Source: Dimargaris cristalligena (lineage: Eukaryota). From it: 22,711 bases of DNA. The notes beneath the pieces were generated by a model. It had not been told where the DNA came from. It searched no databases and saw only the letters and a program-made list of their open reading frames with translations. The stretch lies in assembly GCA_003614675.1 (NCBI GenBank), contig ML002217.1:62001-84711 (forward strand). The letters run 5' to 3'. Shown one piece after another: positions 22,289 through 22,711 of this stretch. The translations under genes were made by a program, and so were the position numbers. Each line of letters begins with the position of its first letter. Within the stretch, counting starts at the first letter, position 1.

Positions 22289-22711
22289 CTATTCGGGCGG
22301 CGTAACAAACGAAATCTTGGTTCGGGACTGGTTCAGCAACAGGACATCGATATCCTCGTACATCCGCACCACTTCCAGCAAGTCCTGTTCGCTGTAGCCC
22401 TTGGCCACCACCCGTTCCAGGACCGCCCGGAAGGGTAATTCCAGGGTAAGGTTCCCGCCCGCCCGGGCCATTTGCCGCAGAATGGCGAAGATGGCGTCAG
22501 GCGTCGACCGCGGTCCACCGGCTCCCCCCCGGCCTGCACCAGCTGCGCGACGGTTACCCCCCGCCGTGGCGTGGGCCTCCAGCGTATGCTGAGCCGAATC
22601 CATCAGCCGCAGGGCTTCGTCAACATCGGCCTCGTCCACTTGGTCGGACATCCGGACCCGCGCATGGGCCTGGGCCAAGCGGAGCACGGCCAGTAGGGTA
22701 CGGGGTGTGAT
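22289..22711 (-). CDS. MCM7: DNA replication licensing factor MCM7, C-terminal part (gene continues beyond the window)
   Basis: ITPRTLLAVLRLAQAHARVRMSDQVDEADVDEALRLM is the MCM lid. The winged-helix tail DAIFAILRQ..RVVAKGYSEQDL..YEDIDVLLLNQSRTKISFV resembles the MCM7 C-terminus (..YEELNVWQVNASRTRITFV in human, from memory). Confidence 0.92.
   Translation of the reverse strand: MTPRTLLAVLRLAQAHARVRMSDQVDEADVDEALRLMDSAQHTLEAHATAGGNRRAAGAGRGGAGGPRSTPDAIFAILRQMARAGGNLTLELPFRAVLERVVAKGYSEQDLLEVVRMYEDIDVLLLNQSRTKISFVTPPE

Overview
Eukaryotic, fungal DNA. The Zn2Cys6/Fungal_trans gene and GT-AG introns of 170-250 nt with CTAAC-type branch points support this; an early-diverging lineage is only a guess. 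Conserved genes are WDR5/SWD3 (3 exons, 4398-5796 +), dynactin actin-related protein ARP10/ACTR10 (2 exons, 17777-15922 -), a Zn2Cys6 transcription factor (18709-20785 +, split by a +1 frame break) and the 3' end of MCM7 (22711-22289 -). There is also a polyQ-rich, possibly myristoylated protein (9507-7986 -, likewise split by a +1 frame break). The most unusual content is two unrelated, transposase-less elements bounded by long terminal inverted repeats. Element 1 (1251-3738) has TGT...ACA termini, a perfect 4-bp CTTA flanking duplication and ~700-750 bp arms whose identity falls from ~94% outside to ~65-70% inside. It encloses an intact, TATA-equipped gene for a small secreted protein that looks like a Kex2-processed peptide precursor. 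Element 2 (12875-14943) has 139-bp arms at 95% identity, a possible TAGA duplication and ~1.8 kb of unidentified cargo with exon-like segments. Together they suggest Pack-MULE-like or Ginger-like gene-carrying elements in a fungus. All alignments and counts were made by eye; no database searches were run.
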